This document shows positions 10,205 through 20,044 of a stretch of DNA of 64,000 bases, piece by piece. The notes under the pieces are model-generated. The model did not search any database and was not told where the DNA came from. It worked only from the letters and a program-made list of their open reading frames with translations. Source of the DNA: a virus; IMG/VR virus record IMGVR_UViG_3300019776_000657, positions 15,828 through 79,827 of that record; one strand, written 5' to 3'. The translations under genes were made by a program, and so were the position numbers. How positions within the stretch are numbered: the stretch's first letter is position 1; every line of letters starts with the position of its first letter.

Positions 10205-10909
10205 ATGACATGTGGCATATACTTATTAAAATTTAATGGTACCAATAAGGTATACGTGGGCCAATCTGAAAATATTGAGTATAGGTATAAAAAACATTTG
10301 CAAAGGCTAAAAAGAGGCGACCATAATTATAAAATGCAGCAAGCATATAAAGACTATGGATCGCCCATATTAGAAATAGTACTTGCAGATTTAACCAAAG
10401 AAGAGCTAAATTCAAACGAGTATGAAGCTTTTAAAATTTATGACTCAATATCTAATGGATTTAATATAGCTGAGCAGCCAAGTATTCATGGTAGTGGAGA
10501 GCTTAATCCAAGTTCAAAGTATCCAAATGAAAAACTAATAGAAGTATTATTTTTATTATTAAATATTAATAATACCTACAAACAAATAGAATCACTTACA
10601 AGTGTAAGTGAAAGTACTATACGGCATATTGCAAATCAAGAAGCCCATCATTGGTTAGAACAAAAATACCCTTTAGAATACTCACAACTGAGGAATTTAA
10701 AGGGTAAAAGATCTACTGGTAAAAATACAGCAATAGATCGAGGTATAGTATATCCTACAATACTTTCCCCGACTGGAGAAGAGTATAATATTACTAATAT
10801 TGCAGCTTTTGCTAAGGAACACGGATTAGATAGCAGTTCATTAGCTAAAGTGTTAAAGAAACGGCCAAAGTATAACAGTCATAAAGGCTGGAAACTAAAA
10901 CAAACTTAA
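10205..10909 (+). CDS. free-standing GIY-YIG homing endonuclease
   Basis: GIY...YVGQS..R..H..., NGFN; C-terminal SHKGWKL DNA-binding tail. Confidence 0.88.
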   Translation: MTCGIYLLKFNGTNKVYVGQSENIEYRYKKHLQRLKRGDHNYKMQQAYKDYGSPILEIVLADLTKEELNSNEYEAFKIYDSISNGFNIAEQPSIHGSGELNPSSKYPNEKLIEVLFLLLNINNTYKQIESLTSVSESTIRHIANQEAHHWLEQKYPLEYSQLRNLKGKRSTGKNTAIDRGIVYPTILSPTGEEYNITNIAAFAKEHGLDSSSLAKVLKKRPKYNSHKGWKLKQT

Positions 10910-10921
10910 CAAGAGGAAAAT

Positions 10922-11068
10922 ATGGAATTTACATTTAAGGTATCAGAGCAAGAAGCAAACGTGATTCTTGCAGGACTTCAGGAATTACCAGCCAAGCTGG
11001 CTAATCCATTGACTCGTAAGTTGCAAGAACAGGCTCAAGAGCAGATGCTAAAAAAGGAAGAAGAATGA
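10922..11068 (+). CDS. 48-aa hypothetical protein (not in ORF track)
   Basis: GAGG RBS; MEFTFKVSEQEANVILAGLQELPAKLANPLTRKLQEQAQEQMLKKEEE; fills the gap to the terminator. Confidence 0.75.
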   Translation: MEFTFKVSEQEANVILAGLQELPAKLANPLTRKLQEQAQEQMLKKEEE

Positions 11069-11105
11069 AAAAAGCCCCTCAACCTAAAAGTTGAGGGGCT
11101 TTTTT
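11068..11105. terminator. bidirectional terminator between convergent early and late blocks
   Basis: A6-GCCCCTCAAC-loop-GTTGAGGGGC-T6. Confidence 0.92.
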
Positions 11106-11446
11106 CATTTGTGACGATTGTGCCGATTTTCCAAATCTGCTTTTATGGTTTTAAGCATTAAAATAATCAGTACAACAGCTACTGAAATATTGAGGGCAGT
11201 TTCACCCAAGATACCCATTGACCAATAACTAAGCGGAAATTCAGGACCAATAGCCCACTGACATACAATAGTAATACTAGTAAATAGACTTATTAGTCCA
11301 ATATACCACATAGGGGTCACAACCCAGTTCGGCATGTCTCTATTATGTAGGGCCGTGTAAAGGGCACCTACAAATATAGATAAGTGAGCTGCAAAATTAA
11401 GTGTTAAATGACTTGCAGACACAAAGTCAAGAGCAGAGGAAATCAT
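11105..11446 (-). CDS. three-TM membrane protein
   Basis: three hydrophobic segments, basic C-tail. Confidence 0.7.
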   Translation of the reverse strand: MISSALDFVSASHLTLNFAAHLSIFVGALYTALHNRDMPNWVVTPMWYIGLISLFTSITIVCQWAIGPEFPLSYWSMGILGETALNISVAVVLIILMLKTIKADLENRHNRHK

Positions 11447-11450
11447 GATA

Positions 11451-11783
11451 TTAGCCCTTCTTTTTCTTTATATCTTGTACGGCTTCTACTATGTCTTTAT
11501 CTTGGTTTTTTACCAAAAAGTTAGCCACCATTCCGAGTACTGTATAGGCTAAAAATCCTACACAAAAACCACCCATCAGTTGAGTTTCCCAGTTGTTATC
11601 AAAACCAGCTATTTGTAAAAAAGGTTGTGCAAATACCATTGCACTACCAACACTCATTCCACCTCTCATAAATGCTTCACCAATTGTTTTTGGTCTGATG
11701 AAGGTTAAGATTGCAAATCCACCAAAAAGTCCACCCACCATTGAGGCAACTTTTGCAGTTAAATAACCTGTTGGATCAGCCAT
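11451..11783 (-). CDS. putative holin-like membrane protein
   Basis: GAGG RBS; Gly-rich TM segments, KKKKG C-terminus; close to endolysin. Confidence 0.55.
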   Translation of the reverse strand: MADPTGYLTAKVASMVGGLFGGFAILTFIRPKTIGEAFMRGGMSVGSAMVFAQPFLQIAGFDNNWETQLMGGFCVGFLAYTVLGMVANFLVKNQDKDIVEAVQDIKKKKG

Positions 11784-11793
11784 AGGCCACCTC

Positions 11794-12591
11794 TTATTTG
11801 TTTTCGCGAGCCCTTACAATTTGATCTCGCTTAGCTTTGGCCCAAGTTTGGCCACCATCCCCACCCCATAAGTCCCAAGCTACTCTGCCAGCACTTGGAA
11901 AGCCTTCTTCTCCACTATTAAATCCTGTTGCTTTTTTATCTACTTCATGACGACTAAAAAATGAGTGCATTCTCATTACAGTTCTATCACTCAGCGTTTC
12001 GCGGTTTACAAGTTGATGCGCTCTGGACAACCCTACAGCAGTACCACCACTGTAACCTTCTTTTTTCCAGTTTAATGCTCGGCGAGCAGCGCTTGCCATT
12101 CCACTAGTAGGCTTGTGATTATTTAAAGCTTTACTGTCATAACCAAGTGATTTTTCTTCTTCTGGGTCGTCCTCTGGAGTAACAAACCAAACATTTTGAT
12201 TGTCTTCGTCACTATTAGGATTTTCCCAATCATCACAGGTACGTAGGGCGCTACAAGTAATACTCCAGCGAGTACATACAGCAGCGGGCATACCAGGAAT
12301 ATCTGCCCATTTAGGAGTAACAGGTAAGTCACTGGCTTTTAGTTGACCGCCAGGACCTTCAATGATACAGTCTTGTGTTTCTGGATCATTTTTGTAGTGA
12401 GCACAGTTCATACATAAACGAGTACGTGCTAAGCCTTCTGTTACACCCCATTTTTCTTGTTTCCTAGCCCAGTACTCTGTGCTTGGCTCACGAGGATCAG
12501 CAGGACCCAAGTTAGCGTACTCAATGGTTTGTAAGTGATTTGCCAGATTTATATCTTTATACATCGTGGCTACTGGACATAAATCTGCCAT
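11794..12591 (-). CDS. two-domain hypothetical protein (Cys-rich N-domain, basic C-domain)
   Basis: GGAG RBS; CMNC..C..C..C cluster, acidic linker, MHSFFSRH..AWDLWGGD domain. Confidence 0.7.
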   Translation of the reverse strand: MADLCPVATMYKDINLANHLQTIEYANLGPADPREPSTEYWARKQEKWGVTEGLARTRLCMNCAHYKNDPETQDCIIEGPGGQLKASDLPVTPKWADIPGMPAAVCTRWSITCSALRTCDDWENPNSDEDNQNVWFVTPEDDPEEEKSLGYDSKALNNHKPTSGMASAARRALNWKKEGYSGGTAVGLSRAHQLVNRETLSDRTVMRMHSFFSRHEVDKKATGFNSGEEGFPSAGRVAWDLWGGDGGQTWAKAKRDQIVRARENK

Positions 12592-12599
12592 GGTTACTC

Positions 12600-13295
12600 C
12601 TAGTTTTTATAAGCTAAAATTATAGATTTGCACATCTTTGAGCGAACAATGTCACTCTCCAAGAAGCGAACGACCTCAATGCCACCAATACCTTCTAATC
12701 GGTTGACAGCATCCATTAAACCGCTATCTGGAATGTCGCTTTGATCATCATCGCCACTAATAATCATTTTAGTATTACGACCGATTCTGCTCAACAGCAT
12801 TTTCAATTCCATTTTAGTGGCGTTTTGTGCTTCGTCTACCAATACAATAGCATTGTCAAATGTAGCACCTCTCATGAATCCCAATGGGCGTGGTTCAATG
12901 GCTTTCGACTTAAGCGCATATTCATAGAAACCTTTACCAAGTGACCGACTAAATACCTGATCAAAAGGATCCAAGTAAGGCTCGTACTTTTCTTCTAGAG
13001 TACCAGGAAGAAAACCCAGTCCTCTACCAGTTTCTACATTGGGTCTGGTCAAAATAATTTTGTCTACTCTGCGATGAAACAGCTCGCTGGCAGCATAACT
13101 AGCAGCCACATAGGTTTTTCCTGTGCCTGCACTGCCAATACCAAAAACTATCTCGCTGGTTTTTATAGCATTAAGATACGTTTCCTGTATATAATTTAGT
13201 GGTTTTACTTCCTTGAATTCAGTTTTAGTTAAAAAACTGTTGTCAGAGCCTTGATGTACTGCTCGACGAGCTTTTTTGCCACTGTTATTTGCCAT
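12600..13295 (-). CDS. phoH: PhoH-like ATPase
   Basis: GSAGTGKT, LGFLPG, FMRGATF, DEAQN, SRIG, GD..QSD, DIVRS. Confidence 0.96.
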   Translation of the reverse strand: MANNSGKKARRAVHQGSDNSFLTKTEFKEVKPLNYIQETYLNAIKTSEIVFGIGSAGTGKTYVAASYAASELFHRRVDKIILTRPNVETGRGLGFLPGTLEEKYEPYLDPFDQVFSRSLGKGFYEYALKSKAIEPRPLGFMRGATFDNAIVLVDEAQNATKMELKMLLSRIGRNTKMIISGDDDQSDIPDSGLMDAVNRLEGIGGIEVVRFLESDIVRSKMCKSIILAYKN

Positions 13296-13324
13296 AATAT
13301 TTGAAGGTTGGTTAGTCGGCCTGT

Positions 13325-13816
13325 TTATCTTAACAGGTTCGCTTCTGCTTTTCTACGTGTTGTCAACCCTGGTAGTACCCTACCAGCAGCTTTATTCCAC
13401 TTCTGTATTTCTTCATAAGCACCTGTCCAGTCGCAGCTATTGACTCTTTTACGAAGTGTACTTATTTTATAATTGCCTAACCCGCAATTATAACAAAAAC
13501 TAATGATTGCTGCAAAACGTCGCGTTGGTTGATTGACCAAGTCTGGACTAAGACCTAACACACCATAAGCAAAATGCTTTAGGTGTGCTTGTAGGTCTGT
13601 TTCAGCTTGTTGTTTAGTCCACACTGTATCTGGATTGACATGCGGCCCAGTACTTCCCCAGCCAATAGTCCAAGGTTTGCCCCCTGTACCTGGATCTGGG
13701 TAAGCCCTGCAACCGCCGTCTGGTAACTTCTTGTGATAACCCTCAAAGGGTTTCACAAGAAGTTCACAGCTCATGTCAATAGCCTCCTTGATTGGATCCC
13801 TGACTTCATCAGTCAT
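13325..13816 (-). CDS. endolysin, GH24 lysozyme
   Basis: FEG..AYPDP..WTIGWG..SFCYNCG..LPGLTTRRKAE. Confidence 0.93.
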   Translation of the reverse strand: MTDEVRDPIKEAIDMSCELLVKPFEGYHKKLPDGGCRAYPDPGTGGKPWTIGWGSTGPHVNPDTVWTKQQAETDLQAHLKHFAYGVLGLSPDLVNQPTRRFAAIISFCYNCGLGNYKISTLRKRVNSCDWTGAYEEIQKWNKAAGRVLPGLTTRRKAEANLLR

Positions 13817-14295
13817 GACTTAGGCTTTTCTAGTGGGCGACCTAGGAACCAGAATGTGAGTATCATGTTTAACATTGCAAAGTCATCTGGAGTCCAGTGT
13901 TTGTCTGCAATCTGTACCCAACTGGCTCCTGTGTTAATGGCATGCATTATTACCACAATTTTAAATGCCACATACATACCAAATAGTACATAAGTAACCA
14001 TTGGTCTGACTAAGGCACTTAATGCAGCTACCCACTTGTAGCTTTTACCAGCATCATCGCCTTGCTGCTTGATAGCTGCTTCAATTGCCTGGGTTTGTGC
14101 AATATTGTAGTCAACATACTTTTCTTCAATCTTGACTTGACCACGAGTTTTTTCCAAGTCAATTTGAAGGCCATACATCGCTAACTCATGCTTGCGATCA
14201 TCTTTGCGATCCCAAAATTTTAGTACTTCTGGGGCTAAGCGGAATAATCCGCCAAATACTGATCCCAGTATACCACTTGCTGCAAATTCTAACAT
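13813..14295 (-). CDS. putative holin (resembles 3TM gene-transfer-agent holin type)
   Basis: AAGGA RBS, ATG 14295; ALVRPMVTY and ILTFWFLGR motifs; overlaps the endolysin start. Confidence 0.65.
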   Translation of the reverse strand: MLEFAASGILGSVFGGLFRLAPEVLKFWDRKDDRKHELAMYGLQIDLEKTRGQVKIEEKYVDYNIAQTQAIEAAIKQQGDDAGKSYKWVAALSALVRPMVTYVLFGMYVAFKIVVIMHAINTGASWVQIADKHWTPDDFAMLNMILTFWFLGRPLEKPKS

Positions 14296-14305
14296 AGCTA
14301 TTTCC

Positions 14306-14464
14306 TTAGACGGATTCACCATCTACTATTGTGGGTTGATTACCACTGTTCACCCAGGCTATATACTCCATAAAGTCTGGATCAAACTCGGACTCACAAG
14401 GAGCGACGACCTTGTCGTCGCTATTCCTTGTCACTGTGCCTTGGTATAAGCTAAGAGTGTACAT
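14306..14464 (-). CDS. 52-aa protein, possible tail-fibre assembly factor (not in ORF track)
   Basis: MYTLSLYQGTVTRNSDDKVVAPCESEFDPDFMEYIAWVNSGNQPTIVDGESV directly after the fibre gene. Confidence 0.7.
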   Translation of the reverse strand: MYTLSLYQGTVTRNSDDKVVAPCESEFDPDFMEYIAWVNSGNQPTIVDGESV

Positions 14465-14465
14465 G

Positions 14466-17400
14466 TTAAGTATCCGTTTCTAGATAAATGCTGCCAATAT
14501 CAATACCAACAGCTTGCGCAGTTGCATTATTACTGGTATATATTCTAGGCCCTAAAAGCGTAGTACTTAAAGGAAGTTGAGTACCTGCCACAGCTGCTGT
14601 AATTGTACCTTCTGCAATAATTCCAGTAGTAATATTTTGAACTCTATAGCTTACCACATTGTTTACATTGCTAGGAGAGAACAATATCAATTCATACCAG
14701 TCTGTAGTTAACGTTTTACCAGGAAAACTTGCACTCAAAGCTATTGGTGTTTGGGCAGCGCTGCCACCATAAAACAATCTCAAGTTGGTATCGCCGCTAC
14801 TAGTACCAATACCAATACTATTGGTAAAAGTTGCTGGATCTGTTGCTGGAACAGGAACCGCTACTGTACTTGTCATGCCAACAAAAGTAATCTGAGTTGC
14901 CAAAGTTGCTGCATTACTAATACCAAATCTAGCAATAAAGTAAAACCCGCCTATTCCAACAGTACCAGTACCAACAGTAAATTGGCTATTTGCTGCAACG
15001 TTGTATAATCCGGTATAGCTACCTGCTGTTGCTGCACTTACATAACCCAGCCTTCTTGCACGAGTAAATACGTTTGTGGTTGCTACGTTACGAGCAGTCG
15101 CTGTACCATTGGCTGTAAGATTCATACCAAATATAACAGGAACAGTATTAACGTTACCAGTTGGGTTATAAATAGCAATCTTATTTTGAGCAAAACTGGC
15201 TTGAAGTGCTGTGTCATACCCACTAGGCCCAATAAATTTGGGCATAATACGTCCACCAATATTTTTTGCATATAATAATAGTCGTCCAGCAGCAGGTACT
15301 GCAGGTTCTGTAGCAATAGCCTGTAATTCAAACTCAGGATCAGTACCAATTAGCGATAGTCTATTGGCTGTTACATCATAAGTAAAATTAGCATTGCCAC
15401 CAAAACCACCACTGGCGTTATATTGAACATAAGTATTACTACCACCCGGACTACCAGTACCACCATTGATTATTAGATCACCACTACCCAACAGTGAGTT
15501 ACCATTAACAGTTTTGATATTGGTACCACTCACCAAAGTGGCTTGAACTGCTATATCGCCGCTACCTAGCAGAGAAGTACTATTAACAGTTTTGATGGAT
15601 GTGCCACTTACCAAGGTGGCTTGAACCGCAATATCTCCACTACCCAGTATTGATGCACTGTTAACAGTTTTGATGTTGGTGCCACTCACCAGTGTGGCTT
15701 GAACTGCTATATCACCACTACCAAGTATTGATGTACTGTTAACAGTTTTGATATTGGTACCACTCACCAAAGTGGCTTGAACTGCTATATCACCACTACC
15801 TAACAGAGAAGTACTATTAACAGTCTTGATAGATGTACCACTTACTAGAGTTGATTGCTTGTTATTAAAAGTATTCCAGTCCGTGGCTGTTAAATATCCA
15901 TTAGTATTAGTAGTAGCTTGACTAATACTAATTGTAGGGGTTGTTCCGCCACTACTACTAATTGGGGCGGTTCCTCCAACACTCTCTACTCTGTCTACCC
16001 AAGCAGTATCATAATTAGTACCGCTCAGTTTTACCAACGACTGACCAGTTGTTCCACCAACAGCTACGCCAGCACCTGTACTACCAGTACTACCTGTAGC
16101 TCCACGAGGACCTTGAGCACCTTGTGTACTTTGTTCTAGTGCAAAATAGTCTAGTTTGGTTGTGTGAGTAGCGCTGCCACTATTACTGTGATATAACCTG
16201 GCTTGTACAGTACCACTAGAAATATAACTAGTAGAATTCAATACTTCAAGTGCATACTGAGAATATCCAGTTGAACCAGAGTAAGACCCAATATTGTCCC
16301 ATGCCAAAGTACTATTATTGTACAATTGGAAATAGACAATGTGCCCAGAAGCAAGTGTATAATCAACGTTGGCTACTACACGGTTAAACGAAGCAACTCC
16401 ATTGATAGTAAATGTTATTATCCAAGCAGGACCTGCGGCAGTACCGTCTGTTATTTCATAATAATTACCATCATTAAGAACTTGTGTACTTGTTACAGAA
16501 CCACCTACATAAACACCATTAGTTAAAGTTAATGAGCTGGCGGTATAAATAACAGGGGCAGTTAAAACACTCTTCCACGCCAGTCCACTTGCAGTAGTTG
16601 AATCCGCAGCTAAATATAAATTATCGCTACCAACTGGCAATCTGATATTTGCAGTGCTACTACGAGTATATAAGTCTCCCTTAGTTGTAAGTGGAGATAT
16701 GCTGTTTAGTGTAGTCTGTAGGTCTGTTATAGAACTGATTGGGTGAGTATCAGCACTTGAACGACCACTGAGGTCATTGTGACTTGTTGCAGAAACAACA
16801 GATGCTGCAGAAGTAGCGGACCGGGCTAGAATCTTTCTGATTCCAGCGATTTGAACTTTTGCACTATTGGCTGTATATGCACTGCTTGTTTTAACAACAA
16901 TTTGGTACATAAATACTTGTTCTGCAAAGCTCAATCCATACTCAACAAATTCTTCTGTGTATGCGGTTTCAACACTGTCGTAAGTAGCGCGGCCAAGAAC
17001 TAACTTAATTGGTGAACGTGTGTCGTTTGTTGCTAACAACCAGTAAGAAATATACTTACCCTCTGCTGCATCTGCCAAAGACCAAGTACTGCCATTGTAA
17101 TAGTTGTATCTGGCCAAAGAAATGCCGGCTATCCAAGGTGTAGTACTTGCAGCTGTGATTCTGTATGATGAACCCACCAAGTACATTACTTCTAGATTTG
17201 CAGAACTTTCTAGAACCTGTTGATAAAATCCATTTGGTGTGGCTGAGTGCGTAATAGTGTGAGTTAAATCTTCGTCTTGAATAGCGATTGGAGCACCTAT
17301 TCCAAGATTAACACTACTGGCATTGTTCAATGTATAAGTTAAAGCACCACCACTTCTCCACACTGTTCCAACATTTAAGTGTGTTACTGAGTGCCAAGTT

Positions 17401-18509
17401 GTATCACGTTTACTACCATGACGCTCATCGCCAACTATGATGGCTTTTGCATCGTTGCTGTCCCAGTAGATATATGCTAGGTTTATGTTGAGCTCAAAGT
17501 TAGGAGCACCTGTAAACTGTACTAAGTCTAAAGTGTCGGGATCTATTTTAATCCAGCTTGCTCCATCCGTATTTGTGATAACAATGGATTTAGTAGTAGA
17601 AACAGTCTTGAGTACACCATTATAGTAAAATGTCCAACTACCACTCACTGGAGTTACTGTAAATGTTCTGGTACTGTCATTAAAAGACAATGTAGCAGCA
17701 GTTCTGTCTACAACACCGATCATGTCACCAGTTACAGCCGCAACTGTAGGCAACACAGAATAATCACCAGTACCTGTAATTGTAGTACCGTCGATTGTTT
17801 TGAAAGTAGGTTTATTGATTAAGTCTGTATAACTACCGCTGGTTGCTACAGTAGCTAAAGTAGGAGTACCGCTCAGATCACTATATAAACCACTAGTAGC
17901 TACAGTGGCCAATGTTGGTTTATTGATTAAGTCTGTGTAACTACCACTAGTAGCTACAGTGGCCAATGTTGGTTTATTGATTAAGTCTGTGTAACTACCA
18001 CTAGTAGCTACAGATGCTAAACTTGGGGTACCACTGAGGTCACTATAAAGTCCACTGGTTGCTACTGCTGCAAGTGTAGGTGCTCCACTCAAATCACTAT
18101 AACTACCGCTGGTTGCTACTGTAGCAAAAGTTGGTTTGCTTGTGATACCAGACCAAGGTACTGCATCTGCGCTTTCTGCAGAATCTACCTTACCATTATT
18201 ATTAGTATCATAAATAGATTTTACCATATCTCCAGTAGCTAGAGTTGGTTTATTTATTAAGTCTGTATAACTACCACTAGTAGCTACAGTGGCTAGAGTA
18301 GGTGTGCCACTGAGGTCACTATAAAGCCCACTGGTTGCTACAGCAGCAAATGTTGGTTTATCGCTTACTCCAGCCCAAGGAACAGCATCTGCATTGTCTG
18401 CATAGTCTACTTTGCCATTATCGTTGCTGTCATAGACAGCTTTGGTCATATCACCAGTACCGCTAGGATAGCTGCTCTGTATAAGGTCGGTTAAATTAAT
18501 TGTTGCCAT
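14466..18509 (-). CDS. long repetitive tail fibre (1347 aa)
   Basis: 18-aa and 26-aa repeats, short collagen-like stretch, Thr/Ser/Gly-rich. Confidence 0.8.
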   Translation of the reverse strand: MATINLTDLIQSSYPSGTGDMTKAVYDSNDNGKVDYADNADAVPWAGVSDKPTFAAVATSGLYSDLSGTPTLATVATSGSYTDLINKPTLATGDMVKSIYDTNNNGKVDSAESADAVPWSGITSKPTFATVATSGSYSDLSGAPTLAAVATSGLYSDLSGTPSLASVATSGSYTDLINKPTLATVATSGSYTDLINKPTLATVATSGLYSDLSGTPTLATVATSGSYTDLINKPTFKTIDGTTITGTGDYSVLPTVAAVTGDMIGVVDRTAATLSFNDSTRTFTVTPVSGSWTFYYNGVLKTVSTTKSIVITNTDGASWIKIDPDTLDLVQFTGAPNFELNINLAYIYWDSNDAKAIIVGDERHGSKRDTTWHSVTHLNVGTVWRSGGALTYTLNNASSVNLGIGAPIAIQDEDLTHTITHSATPNGFYQQVLESSANLEVMYLVGSSYRITAASTTPWIAGISLARYNYYNGSTWSLADAAEGKYISYWLLATNDTRSPIKLVLGRATYDSVETAYTEEFVEYGLSFAEQVFMYQIVVKTSSAYTANSAKVQIAGIRKILARSATSAASVVSATSHNDLSGRSSADTHPISSITDLQTTLNSISPLTTKGDLYTRSSTANIRLPVGSDNLYLAADSTTASGLAWKSVLTAPVIYTASSLTLTNGVYVGGSVTSTQVLNDGNYYEITDGTAAGPAWIITFTINGVASFNRVVANVDYTLASGHIVYFQLYNNSTLAWDNIGSYSGSTGYSQYALEVLNSTSYISSGTVQARLYHSNSGSATHTTKLDYFALEQSTQGAQGPRGATGSTGSTGAGVAVGGTTGQSLVKLSGTNYDTAWVDRVESVGGTAPISSSGGTTPTISISQATTNTNGYLTATDWNTFNNKQSTLVSGTSIKTVNSTSLLGSGDIAVQATLVSGTNIKTVNSTSILGSGDIAVQATLVSGTNIKTVNSASILGSGDIAVQATLVSGTSIKTVNSTSLLGSGDIAVQATLVSGTNIKTVNGNSLLGSGDLIINGGTGSPGGSNTYVQYNASGGFGGNANFTYDVTANRLSLIGTDPEFELQAIATEPAVPAAGRLLLYAKNIGGRIMPKFIGPSGYDTALQASFAQNKIAIYNPTGNVNTVPVIFGMNLTANGTATARNVATTNVFTRARRLGYVSAATAGSYTGLYNVAANSQFTVGTGTVGIGGFYFIARFGISNAATLATQITFVGMTSTVAVPVPATDPATFTNSIGIGTSSGDTNLRLFYGGSAAQTPIALSASFPGKTLTTDWYELILFSPSNVNNVVSYRVQNITTGIIAEGTITAAVAGTQLPLSTTLLGPRIYTSNNATAQAVGIDIGSIYLETDT
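15478..15857 (-). repeat. 78-bp tandem coding repeat, about 5 copies
   Basis: QATLVSGTNIKTVNSTSLLGSGDIAV units. Confidence 0.9.
17807..18360 (-). repeat. 54-bp coding repeats in two blocks
   Basis: TLATVATSG(S/L)Y(T/S)DL(INK/SGT)P units; boundaries approximate. Confidence 0.85.
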
Positions 18510-18531
18510 TTATATTCCTTATACAGGTTCC

Positions 18532-20010
18532 TTAACTATTGGGGAATGGTTGAGTTGGAGCAGTAAAATTAGCAGTATATCGTGCTACACCTTTGGTTAC
18601 GCGAATTTCGTCTATATTTCCTTGATAATTACCATTTCCACCCTTACCAAAGTATAGGGTAGATGTAGTATTACTCCAAGCAGGTTGAGCTAATACAGTA
18701 GTACTCTTTGTTCCATTTACATATAAACTCAAGTTTGTTCCATTTCCAACAAATGCTAGGTGAGTCCACGTATTAAGTGGTACTGACACACCACCAAATG
18801 AGTCAATTGACTGCCAAGCAGTAATTGCAGCGTTTGATACTAGTATAGACACAGTTGCTGCATCTAAAATTAGTTCAAAAGGACTGTACTGTGCACCTGT
18901 TCTGGTTGATATTACGGCTTGATTGTTTGAAGTTCCGGTTCTGTAAATCCAGGCCTCAACAGTAAATGAACCACTACCAAACGCAAACAATGCACTGTTA
19001 GTAGTATTTATAAATGCACCAACAGAGAAGATTCCGCTAGCAGTACCAAACTTATAAACACTAGTATCTAACTGAGCCCCATTGTTGCCAGTCATTGATA
19101 CATTGTTTGAGCTGCTATCAGTAAATGTAGTACCACCACTGCTACCATCTAAATGTAACAATAGGCTAACACTACTAAAAGATGGATCTGTTAAGGCCAA
19201 TGAATTATAGGTTAATCCAAATCCACTAACATACCAAGTAGTGTTTTCTACCTTTAATGCAGAGGCTAATCCATATTGTGGTAATACAACAGAGGCAACG
19301 GGACCTGTTCCTGCTAATACTAATGAATCAGTATTTATACCAACTGTAGCTGATGCCGTTGACTGATTAATAAATGTTACTGACGTACCTGTTGAAAAAG
19401 GCACTGAAGCATTTGAAGGTATAGTAAATGTACGAGGAGTGGTATCAGTACTTGGATGTAGTATGTACTTTCCACTGTCTGATGAAATCAATGTATAATT
19501 TGCGCTCTGACTGTTTTGTGTCAATACAGTAGTACCAGCTCCAGCATCACCCTTTTTACCTAAAGTGGCAGTTACTTGCCAGGTTGTACCGTCGTATATA
19601 AAATATACAGAAATACCCTTGACATTTAGGAGGACGTCATTGGTAGTACCCTCTACAGTACTACCATTACGAGCAACAGTAAGACTATTCGTTCCCCAAT
19701 CTGCACCGTCTGTAAATTCAACATAGTTGCCAACAGCAGGAGTGGATGGAAGTGTTACAGTAAACACTCCACCGCTTGTGTCAGCAATGATCTTGTCTCC
19801 GCTAACTGCTGTATAGTTAGCAGTTTTACGAATCCAAGTGGTTGCAGAACTGGTTCCAGAACCAGAAATAGAGGAAATTGTATTAGTGGCTGTTTTGTAA
19901 TACAGTTTACCATCTGTGTAATTTAAAGCTAGTTCACCGTAGTCTAGGTCACCAACAAGGGGAACCTTGCTGGCGACACTGGACTTTTTAAGAATAATCT
20001 TTGAGGCCAT
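18532..20010 (-). CDS. tail fibre/adhesin with C-terminal LamG/ConA-like lectin domain
   Basis: GELALNY N-domain; FTVEAWIY..WTHLAFV..LYVNG..IDEIRVTKGVARY. Confidence 0.8.
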   Translation of the reverse strand: MASKIILKKSSVASKVPLVGDLDYGELALNYTDGKLYYKTATNTISSISGSGTSSATTWIRKTANYTAVSGDKIIADTSGGVFTVTLPSTPAVGNYVEFTDGADWGTNSLTVARNGSTVEGTTNDVLLNVKGISVYFIYDGTTWQVTATLGKKGDAGAGTTVLTQNSQSANYTLISSDSGKYILHPSTDTTPRTFTIPSNASVPFSTGTSVTFINQSTASATVGINTDSLVLAGTGPVASVVLPQYGLASALKVENTTWYVSGFGLTYNSLALTDPSFSSVSLLLHLDGSSGGTTFTDSSSNNVSMTGNNGAQLDTSVYKFGTASGIFSVGAFINTTNSALFAFGSGSFTVEAWIYRTGTSNNQAVISTRTGAQYSPFELILDAATVSILVSNAAITAWQSIDSFGGVSVPLNTWTHLAFVGNGTNLSLYVNGTKSTTVLAQPAWSNTTSTLYFGKGGNGNYQGNIDEIRVTKGVARYTANFTAPTQPFPNS

Positions 20011-20044
20011 CTGTGTTCCTAAAAAGGGATGGAGTTATAAAAAA

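Noticed and set aside
8272-10909. Intron or intein in nrdJ linked to the GIY-YIG gene
   Set aside because: nrdJ is continuous with its C-terminal cysteines; the endonuclease is free-standing with its own promoter
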